Positions 62,502-64,000 of a stretch of DNA of 64,000 bases are shown here, piece by piece. The stretch's first letter is position 1. Each line of letters starts with the position of its first letter. The translations under genes and the position numbers were made by a program. This DNA comes from the human T2T-CHM13v2.0 reference genome, Homo sapiens. The stretch lies in NCBI RefSeq assembly GCF_009914755.1, contig NC_060930.1; one strand, written 5' to 3'. A model generated the notes under the pieces. The model was not told where the DNA came from. It saw only the letters and a program-made list of their open reading frames with translations, and searched no databases.

Positions 62502-64000
62502 TGACAGCCTTGCAAACAAGAGGCCCTGAGAGAGACAAGGTGAGGTGTAGCAGGCGGGGCCAAGCCCAAGAACGCGGTGCCCACTCCAACATTTCCTTAG
62601 ATCCCTATAGACAGAAAACAACTCAGAAAACAGACTAGCTATTACAAGGTTTCCTTGGACAGTCAAGGCTCTCTCGGAGGTGAAGCTGGGGGCAATGCCA
62701 ACTCACCTCCCTGGGGTGCAAGCAACAATGAAAGGGAGAGCAGCCTCCCATGGCTGGGGCTGGAGAGCAGCTTCCTTGGGCAGCAGTCTCTATTCCTTGA
62801 TGGAAGGGATGGTCCCCTCTAAAGGAAGGAGATAGCCCTTGCTCCTTTTCTATAATAGGACCTCTCTTCCCACCACTGTAACCTTCACCTCTGTAAATGT
62901 GCTCAAAGGGCCCTCACGGTTACTTAGGGCCTATTTAAAGAAGACTTCTTCCACTGGTTTCTTTGGGACAGTCAGTATTTTCCTGTCATTGTGCTTACTT
63001 TTTCTAAGAATTCCAGCAGTCTGCATTCTGGCCATTAAGATCAAGGTGACGAAGGGCCAATGTTTCCAGCTGGGTATGAGGAGGGTCTTCTACGGAGGAG
63101 GGTCTTCTACAGAACAAAAATGCCATGCCCTTCTGAGCTGAGAGGAAAGGAGAGGAAACTGGCCTACTTTTATGGGTCATTTTCCCAAAAAATTATATAG
63201 GGAGCTCCCATACTATTCCAGGGACTGTTGGAAGGTAAAAGAACCAATCTTTACCCGTAAGAAGAGCCTACTAAGTGATGGGTTGGAGGTTAATAGGGAA
63301 GTTGAGTGTGTGAGTCAGCAGAATGAGCCAGCATTCAATAGCTCAGTGCAAAAGCACACATTCATCGGTTAAGGTCTTGTTCCTTAATAGAGATGGATCG
63401 TTTGCTGGTTGGTGTTAACTGAGATGCTTCCTGATTAAAATAATCAGCAAATGAAAATGTATCTCAATTTTCAGAAGCTCATTTCATATGAATCACTTTC
63501 GCTTTTCTGGGATTTCAAATAAATTGGAGAGCTTGGGTCAAATGATGTTTTAGGGCGCTCACAACTGTTCTCAATGCTTAAGAGCTTACTTGAAAGAGTA
63601 AGTTACAAGCCTCTTCATGAGACATGAGTCGGACATCCCAGGGGATGTTTCCCTTTGTTATCCAAAGGACCCGGAACGTTGTCCTATCAGGCACCTGACT
63701 CACTGGACCTCTTCCCTGTGGCTGCTCACTGCACCTGACACAAATCTGCGGTGGCCGCATCAGTCAGAGGCTGCCCTGCACCCTGCGCAGCTGGAGAAAG
63801 GCTTGGGCTTGGCCTGAGAACTGACCTCTGGTCTCTGGACAAGGATGCAAGGTTCCCACCACTGGTAGGTAAAGGGACTGCCCCCCATTCCAACAGGCAC
63901 AGGGGTGGAAAATAACTGTAAGATCCAAAAGGGGCCCCATGACTAACTTCAGCCTCCATGGGAGGAAAATACAGGAGCCTCCGAGGGCCACATGGGCCCC

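Overview
Primate (very probably human) intronic DNA, repeat-rich, with about 34 Alu pieces plus L1, L2/MIR, DNA-transposon and LTR relics. No intact protein-coding gene body is visible, and nearly all ORF-track entries are repeat-derived or chance. Two minus-strand exons can be read directly: a 112-nt exon at 30878-30989 with strong splice sites, and an exon whose acceptor is at 80/81 and which runs off the left edge. Spliced together they match my recollection of the 5' UTR of TRERF1 (TReP-132, 6p21.1); this is from memory and needs BLAT confirmation. The window would then be two large 5'-UTR introns of TRERF1. The most interesting unexplained structure is a possible 5'-UTR control module. 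It comprises (i) overlapping uORFs (MKAA*, then via an AUGA overlap a >=49-codon uORF that exists only after splicing across a 30.8-kb intron) and (ii) a candidate 172-nt cassette exon (8750-8921) that stays in frame with that uORF. That exon lies, with a (GAA)23 tract, inside the loop of a ~240-bp non-Alu inverted duplication (7483-7724 / 9219-9460). Also notable are a twin-primed 5'-inverted L1PA2 with visible priming microhomology, near-perfect non-TE hairpins (23013-23125, 50478-50559) and an Alu-split palindrome. Repeat family names and the boundaries of old repeats are by eye and approximate.
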